DNA of 64,000 nucleotides from an uncultured Desulfurococcaceae archaeon (GTDB lineage: Archaea; Thermoproteota; Thermoprotei_A; Sulfolobales; NBVN01), in contig CAYNPH010000097.1 of NCBI GenBank assembly GCA_964399035.1, forward strand, positions 1,211 through 65,210, written 5' to 3'. The notes beneath the pieces were generated by a model that saw only the letters and a program-made list of their open reading frames with translations, did no database searches and was not told where the DNA came from. Position 1 is the first letter of the stretch. Each line of letters opens with the position of its first letter. Of this stretch, positions 1 through 9,444 are shown in pieces. Position numbers and translations under genes: made by a program.

Positions 1-570
1 GCCGGGGCAGGCTTCTTCATATATAGGAAGAGCAGTGGCGTCTTGAAGAGGGTCCTCTCCAGCCCGGCAACACTGTTTGAGCTCTTAGGGGAGGATCTGC
101 TCTCTGCCATAGCGATATCTGCACTATCTGCCGCGATAATCCTAGGAACGGGTGTAGCGATTGGCGGCAGAATAACGTTTGATGCTCTGAACCCCAGCCA
201 CTACCTCGCAATCGCGCTAATCTTCGTGGCCGGGATCTTCGCGTACGGCTTGGGGCTCCTCATAGCACCTACGGTGAGATCCACCCACGCTACAGGTGCA
301 ACGACCGCCATAGGGTTAATGTTAGTTTTCCTAACAGGGATCTGGTGGCCACCCAAGGAGATGCTGCCCGCACCTCTCCAGGCTTTCGCGAACGTGTTCC
401 CACCTGCCTGCGCGTTCGAGGCCATAAGGGACATACTAGTGTGGGGTAAAGACGTAATGCAGACCTACTGGAACATCATCATCGCCATTACAGGCACTCT
501 CCTGCTGTATGTGGTGATAGCCCTGATATATCACGGCAGGGCTGAGAAGTTCGCTGAGAAACTGTTGTGA
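1..570 (+). CDS. ABC-2 type transporter permease, C-terminal part (frame open to the window edge)
   Basis: Frame 1 has no stop from base 1, so the gene probably starts upstream of the window. Hydrophobic polytopic sequence (LIFVAGIFAYGLGLLIAP, IIIAITGTLLLYVVIALIY). Lies beside an ABC ATPase/permease pair. Confidence 0.55.
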   Translation, partial: AGAGFFIYRKSSGVLKRVLSSPATLFELLGEDLLSAIAISALSAAIILGTGVAIGGRITFDALNPSHYLAIALIFVAGIFAYGLGLLIAPTVRSTHATGATTAIGLMLVFLTGIWWPPKEMLPAPLQAFANVFPPACAFEAIRDILVWGKDVMQTYWNIIIAITGTLLLYVVIALIYHGRAEKFAEKLL

Positions 571-649
571 GTTCATAGGTAAGATATAACGCTTTTCATT
601 CTCTTCTTAACTTTACTTATTGACTATAACCTCCACTAAGGTGAGAGGA

Positions 650-1372
650 ATGGCAGAAGCTGTGGTAGTGGTGGAGAACCTACGTAAAGTATTTGGGGAT
701 GTTGTCGCTGTTGATGGCGTATCCTTTAGTGTGAAGCCCGGTGAGGTTTTCGGCTTAGTCGGACCTAATGGGGCTGGTAAGACAACAACGCTTAGGATCC
801 TCGCTACGATCCTTAAGCCCACCGAAGGCACCGTACTTATCTACGGGATGGATGTAGTCAAGGAGAAGGATAAGGTAAGAAGGATTATCTCCTACCTGCC
901 CGAGGAAGCCGGTGCCTACAAGAACATGACAGGTTACGAGTACTTGAAGCTCATGGCAAAAATTTACGGGTTAAGCGACGCGGCCGTGGAGGAAGGAGCG
1001 AAACTCTCTGGCTTAGGTGATGCGTTGAGGAGGTACGTAGGAACCTATAGTAAGGGTATGAAGCGGAGGCTACAGCTTGCTAGGGCCTTAATGGTTAGGC
1101 CTAAGTTAGCTATTCTCGATGAGCCAAGTTCCGGGCTTGACGTCATGCATGCTGTGTACGTCAGAAACGTGATTAGAGAATTCGTTAAGGAGACGGGCGC
1201 CGCCGTTATTCTTTCTTCGCATAATATGCTTGAGGTGGAATACACCTGCGATCGGGTAGCCCTAATAAACAAGGGGAAAATAGTTGCTGAAGGTACGCCG
1301 CGTGAACTCAAGGACGCGTTTAACGCGAGTAACCTTGAGGAAGTCTTCGTTAAGGTGGTGGGTCAGCAATGA
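650..1372 (+). CDS. ABC transporter ATP-binding protein (ABC-2 exporter type)
   Basis: Walker A GPNGAGKTT, signature-like YSKGMKRRLQLA, Walker B LAILDEPSSGLD, H-loop SSHNM. ATG at 650 is preceded by GGTGAGAGG. The ORF track gives an alternative TTG start at 620. Confidence 0.9.
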   Translation: MAEAVVVVENLRKVFGDVVAVDGVSFSVKPGEVFGLVGPNGAGKTTTLRILATILKPTEGTVLIYGMDVVKEKDKVRRIISYLPEEAGAYKNMTGYEYLKLMAKIYGLSDAAVEEGAKLSGLGDALRRYVGTYSKGMKRRLQLARALMVRPKLAILDEPSSGLDVMHAVYVRNVIREFVKETGAAVILSSHNMLEVEYTCDRVALINKGKIVAEGTPRELKDAFNASNLEEVFVKVVGQQ

Positions 1373-2742
1373 TGAGTGAGTTAGTGAAGAAGGAGATAGT
1401 GACGACCTTAAGGGACAAGAAAGTAATTATCTCAACCATAGTGATGCCTTTAATTATCTTCGCAATTATGGGCGCCATCTACGGCTTCGCGTTCAGCACT
1501 GTCGCACAGCAGGCCAAGCATGTGGCTACACACGCCCAGATACTCGTTTGTGACATGGATAAGGGACCCGTAGGAGCTTACGTGGTTCAGTACGCTAGGA
1601 ATCACTCATCAGTAACGTTTATCAAGAATCAATGCTCGCTACGCGAGATAGCTGAGGGGCTCTCGAGTAATAGGTACGACTTGGTTGTAATTGTTCCTAG
1701 AGGGGCGTCCGCTAACTTCACCTCAGGTAAGCCCGTACTAGTGAAGGTCTTCACTAAAGCCACCGGCATATCGATGGCCTCAAGCATAGGGATGAGCCTA
1801 GCTAATGCGTTCATCGACGGGATCAATGACTTCCTTAGGACCCTTATCCTTAAGTCGGCAGGCCTTAATCCGGAGTTCACGGTGAACCCTGTCAAGGGAT
1901 ATGCAATGGTGTTATTCAGGGGACGATTCGTGCCTCCGCAAGCCCTGACGTCTCTGTTTATGATTTCATTCACGTTCGTTATGGCACCATTAATAGTCAT
2001 AGTAACAGCGTTAGGTTTCGCCTCAACGTCGATGGCGACCGAGAACGAGGAGAAGACCCTAGAGGTTCTCCTTTCACTGCCTATACCGAGGGTTAAGATA
2101 GTGTTGTCGAAGCTTGCTGGAACCCTAGTGGTTGCGGCGCTCGCGACCGCGTCGTTCACCGTAGGTATGCTGATATACACGTCAATGGTCTTCGGCGCCG
2201 TAACGACTTCCGTGGGGAACGCAAGTTCAAGCACGTCAGGGAGCGCAGCGACCGCCGCGCCCCAAGCATTCAACTCGGCGGTGTTCGCGTTACTAGGCAC
2301 GAACGCCTTACTAATCATGGTGGTAGGGACGTTCCTTTCATTACTGGCGGTCGCGTCGTTAGGGTTGCTCTTAGGCTCATTCGCCCCAAGCGTTAGGGCG
2401 TCCTCAACCTTCACAGGTCAGTTATCGTTTCTAGTAATGATACCTGGCCTCCTACTGATGTTCCTGTCGCTCTCCTCCCTAGGGCCAGTGGGTGTGGGGG
2501 TGTTAATCGCCTTGTCTCCCTTCATAACGCCGATAGTAGCTATGAAAGCATACATAGAGGGAATCACTTGGGCAGTGCCTGCGAGCTTAGGGTGGAGCGT
2601 TGCGTTCTCAATAATGATGATACTCATCGCGGCAAAGCTACTTGACTCGGAGAGGTTGCTGAACATACAATACTCGCTACTATCTAGGGGCGTGAGGAGG
2701 AAAAGGAAGGGCGCTCGTTTCCGGCTTAGGTTCAAGCAGTAA
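1369..2742 (+). CDS. ABC-2 family transporter permease
   Basis: ATGA stop/start overlap with the ATPase gene. Has an N-terminal TM segment, a large extracytoplasmic loop, then multiple C-terminal TM segments, as in ABC-2 permeases. Confidence 0.7.
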   Translation: MMSELVKKEIVTTLRDKKVIISTIVMPLIIFAIMGAIYGFAFSTVAQQAKHVATHAQILVCDMDKGPVGAYVVQYARNHSSVTFIKNQCSLREIAEGLSSNRYDLVVIVPRGASANFTSGKPVLVKVFTKATGISMASSIGMSLANAFIDGINDFLRTLILKSAGLNPEFTVNPVKGYAMVLFRGRFVPPQALTSLFMISFTFVMAPLIVIVTALGFASTSMATENEEKTLEVLLSLPIPRVKIVLSKLAGTLVVAALATASFTVGMLIYTSMVFGAVTTSVGNASSSTSGSAATAAPQAFNSAVFALLGTNALLIMVVGTFLSLLAVASLGLLLGSFAPSVRASSTFTGQLSFLVMIPGLLLMFLSLSSLGPVGVGVLIALSPFITPIVAMKAYIEGITWAVPASLGWSVAFSIMMILIAAKLLDSERLLNIQYSLLSRGVRRKRKGARFRLRFKQ

Positions 2743-2762
2743 AAGTACGGGCGGGATACTCA

Positions 2763-3119
2763 CTAACACGTTAGGTGAATTAATAATAGTACTTTCTTTC
2801 CCGCGTTAACGAGTTCATTGTACTTCCTGACGGCCCTCCTAGACTTATCGATGAACACCTTAACTCCTCTCCGCTGGAAGGCCTCAATAACGTCGTCGTC
2901 TACCCTCATTAACCCGTCATACCCCGTCCCTATGACTACCGCGTCCACGGGCTCCGCTAGGTAGTCCCTAACATCCGGTATCTGCAGTCTATGACCTTCG
3001 AGCCTCCACCAGTCAATTACCTTACCCTGAGGCGTTACCACCACGTCATGTGTGTACGTCTTACCGTTAATCACGATCACCCCGAAGTCGTAGTGGTCTA
3101 TGAGTGGTTGCTTACTCAT
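2763..3119 (-). CDS. Mth938-domain (DUF498-like) protein, paralog A
   Basis: 118 aa. Pattern FGVIVINGKTYTHDVVV...VVIGTGYDGLMRV...LIHLTC resembles the Mth938/NDUFAF3-type domain. Overlaps the thiDN stop by 8 nt. Confidence 0.6.
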   Translation of the reverse strand: MSKQPLIDHYDFGVIVINGKTYTHDVVVTPQGKVIDWWRLEGHRLQIPDVRDYLAEPVDAVVIGTGYDGLMRVDDDVIEAFQRRGVKVFIDKSRRAVRKYNELVNAGKKVLLLIHLTC

Positions 3120-4494
3120 GTCGCATCACCTCCGCCACTCTCAGCACTTTCCTCACAGCATCTACCGCATCAAAGCCGAAAACGTTTATCATTGGCTCCT
3201 TACCGACATCGCCAGTATGGTATATGATGTCCGGAACCTTCCCTCCAGCGCGCCTCACCGCTACCTCAACACCCCAAGGTATCGTGCCTCCCTCGACAGC
3301 CTTGACTTCCTCGGGTTCCTCGGATCTGTCGTAGTAGGAGCACGTGAACCCCAGCTTCTCAGCTACTTGAATGAATTCCTTAGAGTACTTCACGTTAACA
3401 GCTCCCCTGATCCTCTCGTCGAACTCCATTGCCTTCAGTACTGCCCTAGCTAGGTGGGATGACGCACCAAAGGATGGGGGACCTACTGCCCTAACTGTTT
3501 TGCCGTATCTTACTACGCGTCCCTTAACTGCCGCAACGTCCTCCACACCCTTAGCGTATCTTCTTGAAATAGCGGTTACTACGTTCATCTGCACCTCGGG
3601 AACTAAGGGATTAACTAACTCACCGTTCTCTTCCAGTATCTCAACGGCTCTAGCTACCGATGCTAGAGCAGCCCATCTTTCGGCCGGGATGTCGACCCAC
3701 GCCGAGGGGTTTACTGGGCAGTGTCCTCTCCCAACACGTGCACCGTACTCGATCGCTAGGGTTACGAACCGCTTAGCGACCCCCACCGAATCCTCCACAC
3801 TTAACCCCTTCGCGAGGCAGGCAGCGATGGCGGCAGAGAACGTGCATCCAGTACCGTGCGTGCATCCACCTTCAATCCTCCTAGCCCTGAATTCCTTGAA
3901 GGAACCCTCATAGTAGAGAACATCGATGGATTCCGTGCCAGATAGGTGCCCACCTTTAACGACCGCGGCCTCGGCCCCCAGCTCCTCAACAATGTACTTG
4001 GCAGCTCTCTTAGCATTGTCTAGGGTCCTCACCTTGATGCCAGTGATTCTTTCGGCTTCACTTGCGTTCGGTGTGACTACCGTGGCTAGAGGTATTAGCT
4101 CCTTTATGAGGGCCTCGATGGCGTCATCCCTAAGTAGCTTAGCCCCGGACTTAGCTATCATTACGGGGTCAACAACTAATGGGAACCCGTACTTTCTCAC
4201 CGTTGTGGCGACCGCCCGTATTATCTCGGCGTTGCTGAGCATCCCGGTCTTAGCTGCGTCAACGCCGATGTCATCCGCCACCGCCTCAATCTGCGCGGCG
4301 ACGACCGCTGGGGGGACATCATGTATTGCCCGCACCTCAAGCGTGTTCTGTGCAGTAATGGAGGTTATTGCCGACATGCCGTGCACGCCTAATGCGGCGA
4401 AGGTCTTGAGGTCTGCTTGGATGCCTGCTCCGCCCCCTGAGTCTGACCCAGCTATCGTTAAGGCGCGTGGAATCTTAACACGCACAACGCACAC
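3112..4494 (-). CDS. thiDN: Bifunctional hydroxymethylpyrimidine/phosphomethylpyrimidine kinase (ThiD) fused to an archaeal ThiN thiamine-phosphate synthase domain
   Basis: N-terminal [22 protein letters not shown]...ITAQNT is the ThiD signature. The roughly 190-aa C-terminal extension matches the archaeal ThiDN architecture. Confidence 0.8.
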   Translation of the reverse strand: MCVVRVKIPRALTIAGSDSGGGAGIQADLKTFAALGVHGMSAITSITAQNTLEVRAIHDVPPAVVAAQIEAVADDIGVDAAKTGMLSNAEIIRAVATTVRKYGFPLVVDPVMIAKSGAKLLRDDAIEALIKELIPLATVVTPNASEAERITGIKVRTLDNAKRAAKYIVEELGAEAAVVKGGHLSGTESIDVLYYEGSFKEFRARRIEGGCTHGTGCTFSAAIAACLAKGLSVEDSVGVAKRFVTLAIEYGARVGRGHCPVNPSAWVDIPAERWAALASVARAVEILEENGELVNPLVPEVQMNVVTAISRRYAKGVEDVAAVKGRVVRYGKTVRAVGPPSFGASSHLARAVLKAMEFDERIRGAVNVKYSKEFIQVAEKLGFTCSYYDRSEEPEEVKAVEGGTIPWGVEVAVRRAGGKVPDIIYHTGDVGKEPMINVFGFDAVDAVRKVLRVAEVMRHE

Positions 4495-4528
4495 CCATTA
4501 AAGGTGTTGGTCCGACCTATTTAACGGA

Positions 4529-5554
4529 GTGTCGGGGATGAGGGCTCCGAGTTTTGAGGCGGGTTTAGAGGGCTTACCGTATAAGGAACTCAGTGAGGAT
4601 GCCTTACTGGCTTTCATGTTTGCACGCGCATTACGTGAGGCTAGAGGACCGGAAGTCCCTGCCGTATTCTTAGGCGAATCCTTTAGCTTATTGAGGCGCG
4701 TGGTGCGTAGTGCTGGATTACCTACCCTAGAATACCACGCTCTCACTGAGTCCCGCGTGAGGTCAGCAGCGCTCGTGCTTGTAAGTCACACCTTATGCAT
4801 TAACGCTGACCAGCTAGGAGGTATGAAGCGTCTTCATGATGCTTTAGTCATGCTTCACGGTTACTTGAGGCATCTAAACACCTGCCACAACGCCTTCCAG
4901 GCACTCCGCGATGCTGGAGCATGCGTAGCCGTAATTCCTGTGGGACCTGGTTTCCTAGTAGCCGTGCTTGATGATGTGGGCAGTAAATTCATTAGTAATG
5001 TGACGAGTGCTTACCTAACTTCGCTAAGGGAGGGTCCTATGCCCGTGAGTTTCAACACCGCCAAGCTACTGTATATTCTCGCGGGAAGCTTAGGCGGGTT
5101 AATAGTGGAGGTAGGTACTGGCAGGGGCTTCTCAACTGCTTGGTTAGCCGCGGGAGCTAGGAGGTCTGGAGGTAAGGTGTTTTCCTTCGAGGCTAAGGAG
5201 GAGCGGGTTAGGGAGGCTAGGTCCCTTCTCGAGGAACTTGGTTTCTTAGGGGTTGCTGAGGTCATCAGCGGGGATTTCAGGGAGAGTGTGCACAGCATTG
5301 CGGGACAAAAAGCCTCACTCATATTCATTGATGGTGCTAAGGAGGAATACCTCGACTACCTTAGGGCACTGGAAAGCGCGGGAGTGGTGGGTGAGGGTAC
5401 GTTGATTCTAGCGCATAACACCGTGTCCCACATCAAAACCATCTCCCCCTACGTTGAGGCCGTCTACAGTGGGGGTTACCTCTCACTAACAACGATGACT
5501 GACCGAGCCGGCTTAACTATTACGTTAGTGTTAAACACTACGAAGAGTCGTTAA
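4529..5554 (+). CDS. SAM-dependent O-methyltransferase (family 3-like C-terminal domain) with an uncharacterized N-terminal domain of about 170 aa
   Basis: C-terminal half contains VEVGTGRGFST (SAM motif I) and LIFIDGAKEEYLDYL, typical of the YrrM/caffeoyl-CoA OMT-like family. I do not recognise the N-terminal half. Confidence 0.6.
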   Translation: MSGMRAPSFEAGLEGLPYKELSEDALLAFMFARALREARGPEVPAVFLGESFSLLRRVVRSAGLPTLEYHALTESRVRSAALVLVSHTLCINADQLGGMKRLHDALVMLHGYLRHLNTCHNAFQALRDAGACVAVIPVGPGFLVAVLDDVGSKFISNVTSAYLTSLREGPMPVSFNTAKLLYILAGSLGGLIVEVGTGRGFSTAWLAAGARRSGGKVFSFEAKEERVREARSLLEELGFLGVAEVISGDFRESVHSIAGQKASLIFIDGAKEEYLDYLRALESAGVVGEGTLILAHNTVSHIKTISPYVEAVYSGGYLSLTTMTDRAGLTITLVLNTTKSR

Positions 5555-5555
5555 G

Positions 5556-5948
5556 GTGGTGAGCAGTATGGGTGAGTGGAGTACTGGATTTGGGTGGGTA
5601 ATCATTAACGGGGTTAAGTATGGGCATGACGTACTAGTGCTCCCTGATGGATCCGTACTTAGGCGAAAGAAGGAGTTATCTAAGAAGTTGCGGGAGGTGT
5701 ACGGCCATACACCATTCTCCCTTAGCGAGCTTGAGGATCTATTGGGTGTTTGCGGCCGTCCTCCCGAGATCCTTGTTATTGGTTCGGGACAGTACGGTGA
5801 CTTACCGGTGATGGAGGACGTTCTGAGGAGGGCGGAGGAGTTAGGCATCAAGGTCATTGTTAAGAGGACTCCAGAGGCACTCACTCTGCTTAAGGATTTG
5901 CTTGCTAAGAGGCGCTTAGTTGCTGGTGTGATTCACGTTACGTGTTAA
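5556..5948 (+). CDS. Mth938-domain (DUF498-like) protein, paralog B
   Basis: FGWVIINGVKYGHDVLVLPDG...ILVIGSGQYGDLPV...GVIHVTC is the same pattern as ORF 2763-3119. Starts 1 nt after the methyltransferase stop. An ATG at 5568 is an alternative start. Confidence 0.6.
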   Translation: MVSSMGEWSTGFGWVIINGVKYGHDVLVLPDGSVLRRKKELSKKLREVYGHTPFSLSELEDLLGVCGRPPEILVIGSGQYGDLPVMEDVLRRAEELGIKVIVKRTPEALTLLKDLLAKRRLVAGVIHVTC

Positions 5949-5953
5949 TGGGT

Positions 5954-7318
5954 TTAAGCCTGGAGAACCATCAGAGCCGCCACTATCACGAGTAGCACGC
6001 CGCCAGCTAAGCTTATGTGGGGGCTGTACTTGATTAGCTTATCCCTAACCCCGCTTAGCTTAGTTATCCCTAGCATCGCAACCAGTATTAGGATTAAGGG
6101 GGTCACGAACACTATGTTATACGCTAGGAGTAGCGCGAGCCTCTCGATTAGGGATTGAGTGGAGATTATCATGGCGAAGGCTATGTATGGCCCCGCACTG
6201 CAAGGGAGGAGTGTGAATGAGGCAAGCAACCCTATCGCGAAGGCCGCTAAGATACCTACCCTCTTACTAAACATCCTTGCTAAGCGCCCAGCCTTACACT
6301 CAGGATCGTCCTCGCGGCATACCTCCGTCCCACCGGCTCTCGAACCACGCATTAAATCGCGAACAGCACGGGCAATTATGAAGGCAGCATACGCGAACGC
6401 AATAATAAGAACCAATTGCCTAGGGAGGAATGAAGCAACCTCGCTCAGCCCGAGGCCAAGCATTAAGTAGCCAGACATCACGGCAATGACGAATGCCGCG
6501 CCAATAGCGGCGACCTTGCCTCGTGACCCGCTAATAGATACAGACACCAGCATTACGGCATACAGGACGAATGTGCACGGGTTAATCGAATCCGTCAGCG
6601 CGAGAGGCACTAGGAAGCCCAGCATCTCGATTAAACCCCTACTATTGCCGGAGGAGCCGCCTCTAGAAGTTGTTATGGTTGACGCTGTGGTTGCGGAGGG
6701 CGTTGACGATGTCGTACTAGTGGTCGCGGTTTCCGTTGTGTGAACGCTTGTTGACGTTATGGTCGAGCTTGTGATCGTGCTGATACTTGTGTGGGTCGCG
6801 AACCCTCCGTGGGTAACTACATCGTAGGGTAAGGGTATGTATTCCTTAATGAATAAGGACTGATTACTTAGTGAAATAACCATGTATCCCTTCTCTTCTA
6901 TCCCTAGGTAAACAGGTATCTTGTCGCTCGCGCTACCCTTAATGAGGTTATCCCAGAACGCCTTATCCCTAACCTCACCTATAACTAGAGCAACGATATG
7001 CTCACCCTTAATGACTAGGGTCTGCGGTATGTACCCAGGTAATCCCGTAGCGTTCAGGAATTCATTGAAGTACACTAGGCAGGTCCTATTAACCGAGATA
7101 TCGCAGAAGTAATGATGACCATCATAATTCTGTACGAGGAACTCGTGCAGGGGCACGCAGTGAGGGCACTTAGAACTGCCGTACTCGAAGAGGAAGAAGT
7201 TGTCGTCACCACTACTTTGTTGGGCAGACACCACATCGTATTGCGTGGTGAGCAACACTAGGAGGGCTACCGTCACCGTAACTACTAGGAGGAACCACCG
7301 TGACTTACTCCTACTCAA
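5954..7318 (-). CDS. Thioredoxin-like domain fused to a CcdA/DsbD-type thiol-disulfide transporter membrane domain
   Basis: Signal/anchor segment, then a Trx-like module with CPHC and a cis-Pro-like YIPQT, then a Ser/Thr-rich linker. A polytopic domain follows with Cys in TM segments (INPCTF, LLPCSAGPY), as in CcdA/DsbD. Confidence 0.6.
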   Translation of the reverse strand: MSRSKSRWFLLVVTVTVALLVLLTTQYDVVSAQQSSGDDNFFLFEYGSSKCPHCVPLHEFLVQNYDGHHYFCDISVNRTCLVYFNEFLNATGLPGYIPQTLVIKGEHIVALVIGEVRDKAFWDNLIKGSASDKIPVYLGIEEKGYMVISLSNQSLFIKEYIPLPYDVVTHGGFATHTSISTITSSTITSTSVHTTETATTSTTSSTPSATTASTITTSRGGSSGNSRGLIEMLGFLVPLALTDSINPCTFVLYAVMLVSVSISGSRGKVAAIGAAFVIAVMSGYLMLGLGLSEVASFLPRQLVLIIAFAYAAFIIARAVRDLMRGSRAGGTEVCREDDPECKAGRLARMFSKRVGILAAFAIGLLASFTLLPCSAGPYIAFAMIISTQSLIERLALLLAYNIVFVTPLILILVAMLGITKLSGVRDKLIKYSPHISLAGGVLLVIVAALMVLQA

Positions 7319-7429
7319 GACTTGCTCACTACTTCCTAAAAGGGAACCCGGGGTTAAATTGTTGATGTAGCAGAAAAACGATCGGTGTGCAGAAGCACAT
7401 TAAAACCCCATTTACGGTACTCCTGCCTT

Positions 7430-9031
7430 TTAATGGGACGCGCGGCAACCGCAGGAGGCTGACCCGACACTCACTGTTGCTTCTGGGTACGCTGTCTCGG
7501 AGGCCTCGCCCTCTTTCGCTATCATCGCCTCTAGGGCTGGCCTTACTTTATCTATGTTCCTGCGCACAAGCGATAGGAACAGCTTCAGCCCAAGTCTTAC
7601 TGGCGCTAATAGTGGTTCATTTATGTAGAAACTACCCATTATGTCCTCCACCCACCGCATACTATGCCTTAAGCACTGAACCAGCACGTCTATGTGTTCC
7701 TCCCTTAACCCGTGCTTCCTGAACCACTCCCTATTCTTGAGGGCGCCCATTGGGACGAAGAACATCGGCACTATTAGGCTCCTGTAGGGTTTGAGCCTAT
7801 CAAGGAGCTCGGCAGTAGCTAGCACGTCCTCCGGCTTCTCCTCCGGGAGGCCAAGTATTATGGTTGCTGCGGGAACTATGTGGTTCTCATGCATTATCCT
7901 GAATGCGTCCTCAACCACCTCCGGCCACTGCTCCGGAGGGTAAGGAGCGGATTTTGCAGGCATTATGATCTTCGCCAGCCTTACGCTACCGGTCTCTATC
8001 CCGACCTCAACACCGACGTACTTCTGCCTAGGTATAAGCATGTCATTCATTAGCTTAGACACGAGCCTGTACTTCTCCTCGGCGTACTTTATCGCCGCTA
8101 GGCTTAGGTGGGCCCATGAGATCGAGCCGGGCGTTGCCTTCAGGACAGCCTCATGGAGCTTCAGTATGGGTTCCGGCCTAGGCTTAACACCGTCGGCATA
8201 GTAGAGGAATACGTCCTCACTATGTAGTATGGTGTTCTTCACCCCGGCCCTTACGTTAACCTCTATTTCCTTAATTATGTGTTCTATGGGCATGAACCTT
8301 AAGGGCCTTAAGGTGACTGAACAGAAGCGGCAACCCCTAGGACATCCCCTCATTATCTCCACTAGGCCGTTCACGCTAGCCCCCTTAATTATGGGGATCT
8401 GCTCCACAGAAGGGGTATCCGCTGGCCCGACGTACACGTAGTCCGGCAAAGGCTCGTCGTTTAGGGCAGCCTCGACAATGTCGGTGATCACTAGCTCTGC
8501 CTCACCATCAACTACGCACTCCACACCCCACTTTTTCCACTCCTCCAGTGCCCAGAGCCACTGCCACGCGGCAGGCCCACCAACTATTATCTTAACGCCC
8601 CTCTTTCTTGCCTCCCTGACGGCGGGGGATTCCATGAACTTACGGAAGGATACCCTGTTGACAGGTTCCTTGCCAGTCATCATCCACCATTCACAGCTTG
8701 GCGGCCCGTACGCGAAGAAGTCGTGGTGCCCTATCATCAATACCTTCATGGTGTCCAGGTGCTTGTGTATGTGGTCAGGGTCAACTATCGCCGCATCGTA
8801 CCCGGCTTCCTGCAGTACTGCCTCAACCTTCCTGAGGCCGTAGGGCGCCTCTATGGGCCTCCCTAAACTATCAACCTTTAGCTTGGGCGCCGCTATCCAC
8901 ATCCACAACCACTCAGGTAACCCTATCGCCGGCCCGGTAGCCATGAATCCCAGAAATTCTTTGCCGTGATGATTGCTCATCATGGTTCTATCCGACGTAA
9001 TGACTATTTCAAATCCCTTACGCGCACCCAT
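7430..9031 (-). CDS. Radical SAM enzyme with an N-terminal B12-binding-like (Rossmann-type) domain, COG1032-like
   Basis: CX3CX2C cluster motif in MRGCPRGCRFCSV. N-terminal flavodoxin-like part (VLMIGHHDFF, KIIVGGPAAW). No SPASM-type extra Cys clusters seen. Confidence 0.75.
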   Translation of the reverse strand: MGARKGFEIVITSDRTMMSNHHGKEFLGFMATGPAIGLPEWLWMWIAAPKLKVDSLGRPIEAPYGLRKVEAVLQEAGYDAAIVDPDHIHKHLDTMKVLMIGHHDFFAYGPPSCEWWMMTGKEPVNRVSFRKFMESPAVREARKRGVKIIVGGPAAWQWLWALEEWKKWGVECVVDGEAELVITDIVEAALNDEPLPDYVYVGPADTPSVEQIPIIKGASVNGLVEIMRGCPRGCRFCSVTLRPLRFMPIEHIIKEIEVNVRAGVKNTILHSEDVFLYYADGVKPRPEPILKLHEAVLKATPGSISWAHLSLAAIKYAEEKYRLVSKLMNDMLIPRQKYVGVEVGIETGSVRLAKIIMPAKSAPYPPEQWPEVVEDAFRIMHENHIVPAATIILGLPEEKPEDVLATAELLDRLKPYRSLIVPMFFVPMGALKNREWFRKHGLREEHIDVLVQCLRHSMRWVEDIMGSFYINEPLLAPVRLGLKLFLSLVRRNIDKVRPALEAMIAKEGEASETAYPEATVSVGSASCGCRASH

Positions 9032-9440
9032 AGTGAGTCACCTCCTCAGTACGAATTATCGTCACATTCTCGTAGCCGGCTTGATCCAGTGTTCGAATAA
9101 AGTCACTACACAAACCAGCCACGATTACGTCCGGATTATTTAGTTGTTTAATCAGCTCTAGCAGATCCTCAGGTCTAGAGCCAAAGTACCTTATACTCAT
9201 GCTTAGCCCTATGTTCTCCTGAATAACGCTCCTCACTACCTCAAAGTACTCAGGTCTGCCTAGGGGCGTAACCACGTATATGAGCGACCTACGCCTGCCC
9301 TCGCTCACCGTCTTCTTGGCTACCTCGTTAGCTAGGGCCGTGGCTTCAGCTGAACCTACCCCCCTACAAACAACGAGCACTAGCTCCTTACTATCTCTCT
9401 CTACTCTTAACTTTGACTTAATTAACAACCGATTGACCAT
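9018..9440 (-). CDS. Hypothetical protein (140 aa), co-transcribed with the radical SAM gene
   Basis: ORF overlaps the radical SAM start by 14 nt and starts 4 nt after the wHTH gene stop. No recognisable motif. Confidence 0.5.
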   Translation of the reverse strand: MVNRLLIKSKLRVERDSKELVLVVCRGVGSAEATALANEVAKKTVSEGRRRSLIYVVTPLGRPEYFEVVRSVIQENIGLSMSIRYFGSRPEDLLELIKQLNNPDVIVAGLCSDFIRTLDQAGYENVTIIRTEEVTHYGCA

Positions 9441-9444
9441 CTCC

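Noticed and set aside
1369-1375. ATGATGA (a C-box-like heptamer) at the ABC ATPase/permease junction. CTGATGA at 46274-46280 is similar.
   Set aside because: Both are explained by overlapping stop and start codons or a stop codon context. No D box follows at the proper spacing.
1629-2414. 261-aa ORF antisense to the ABC-2 permease gene. Similar long antisense ORFs occur at 3371-3913, 3926-4501, 22522-23178, 26268-26777, 28808-29293 and 59342-59758.
   Set aside because: Each lies entirely inside a well-supported gene on the other strand and has a low-complexity Ser/Thr/Ala/Pro-rich translation with no motifs. This is typical of shadow ORFs created by codon bias.
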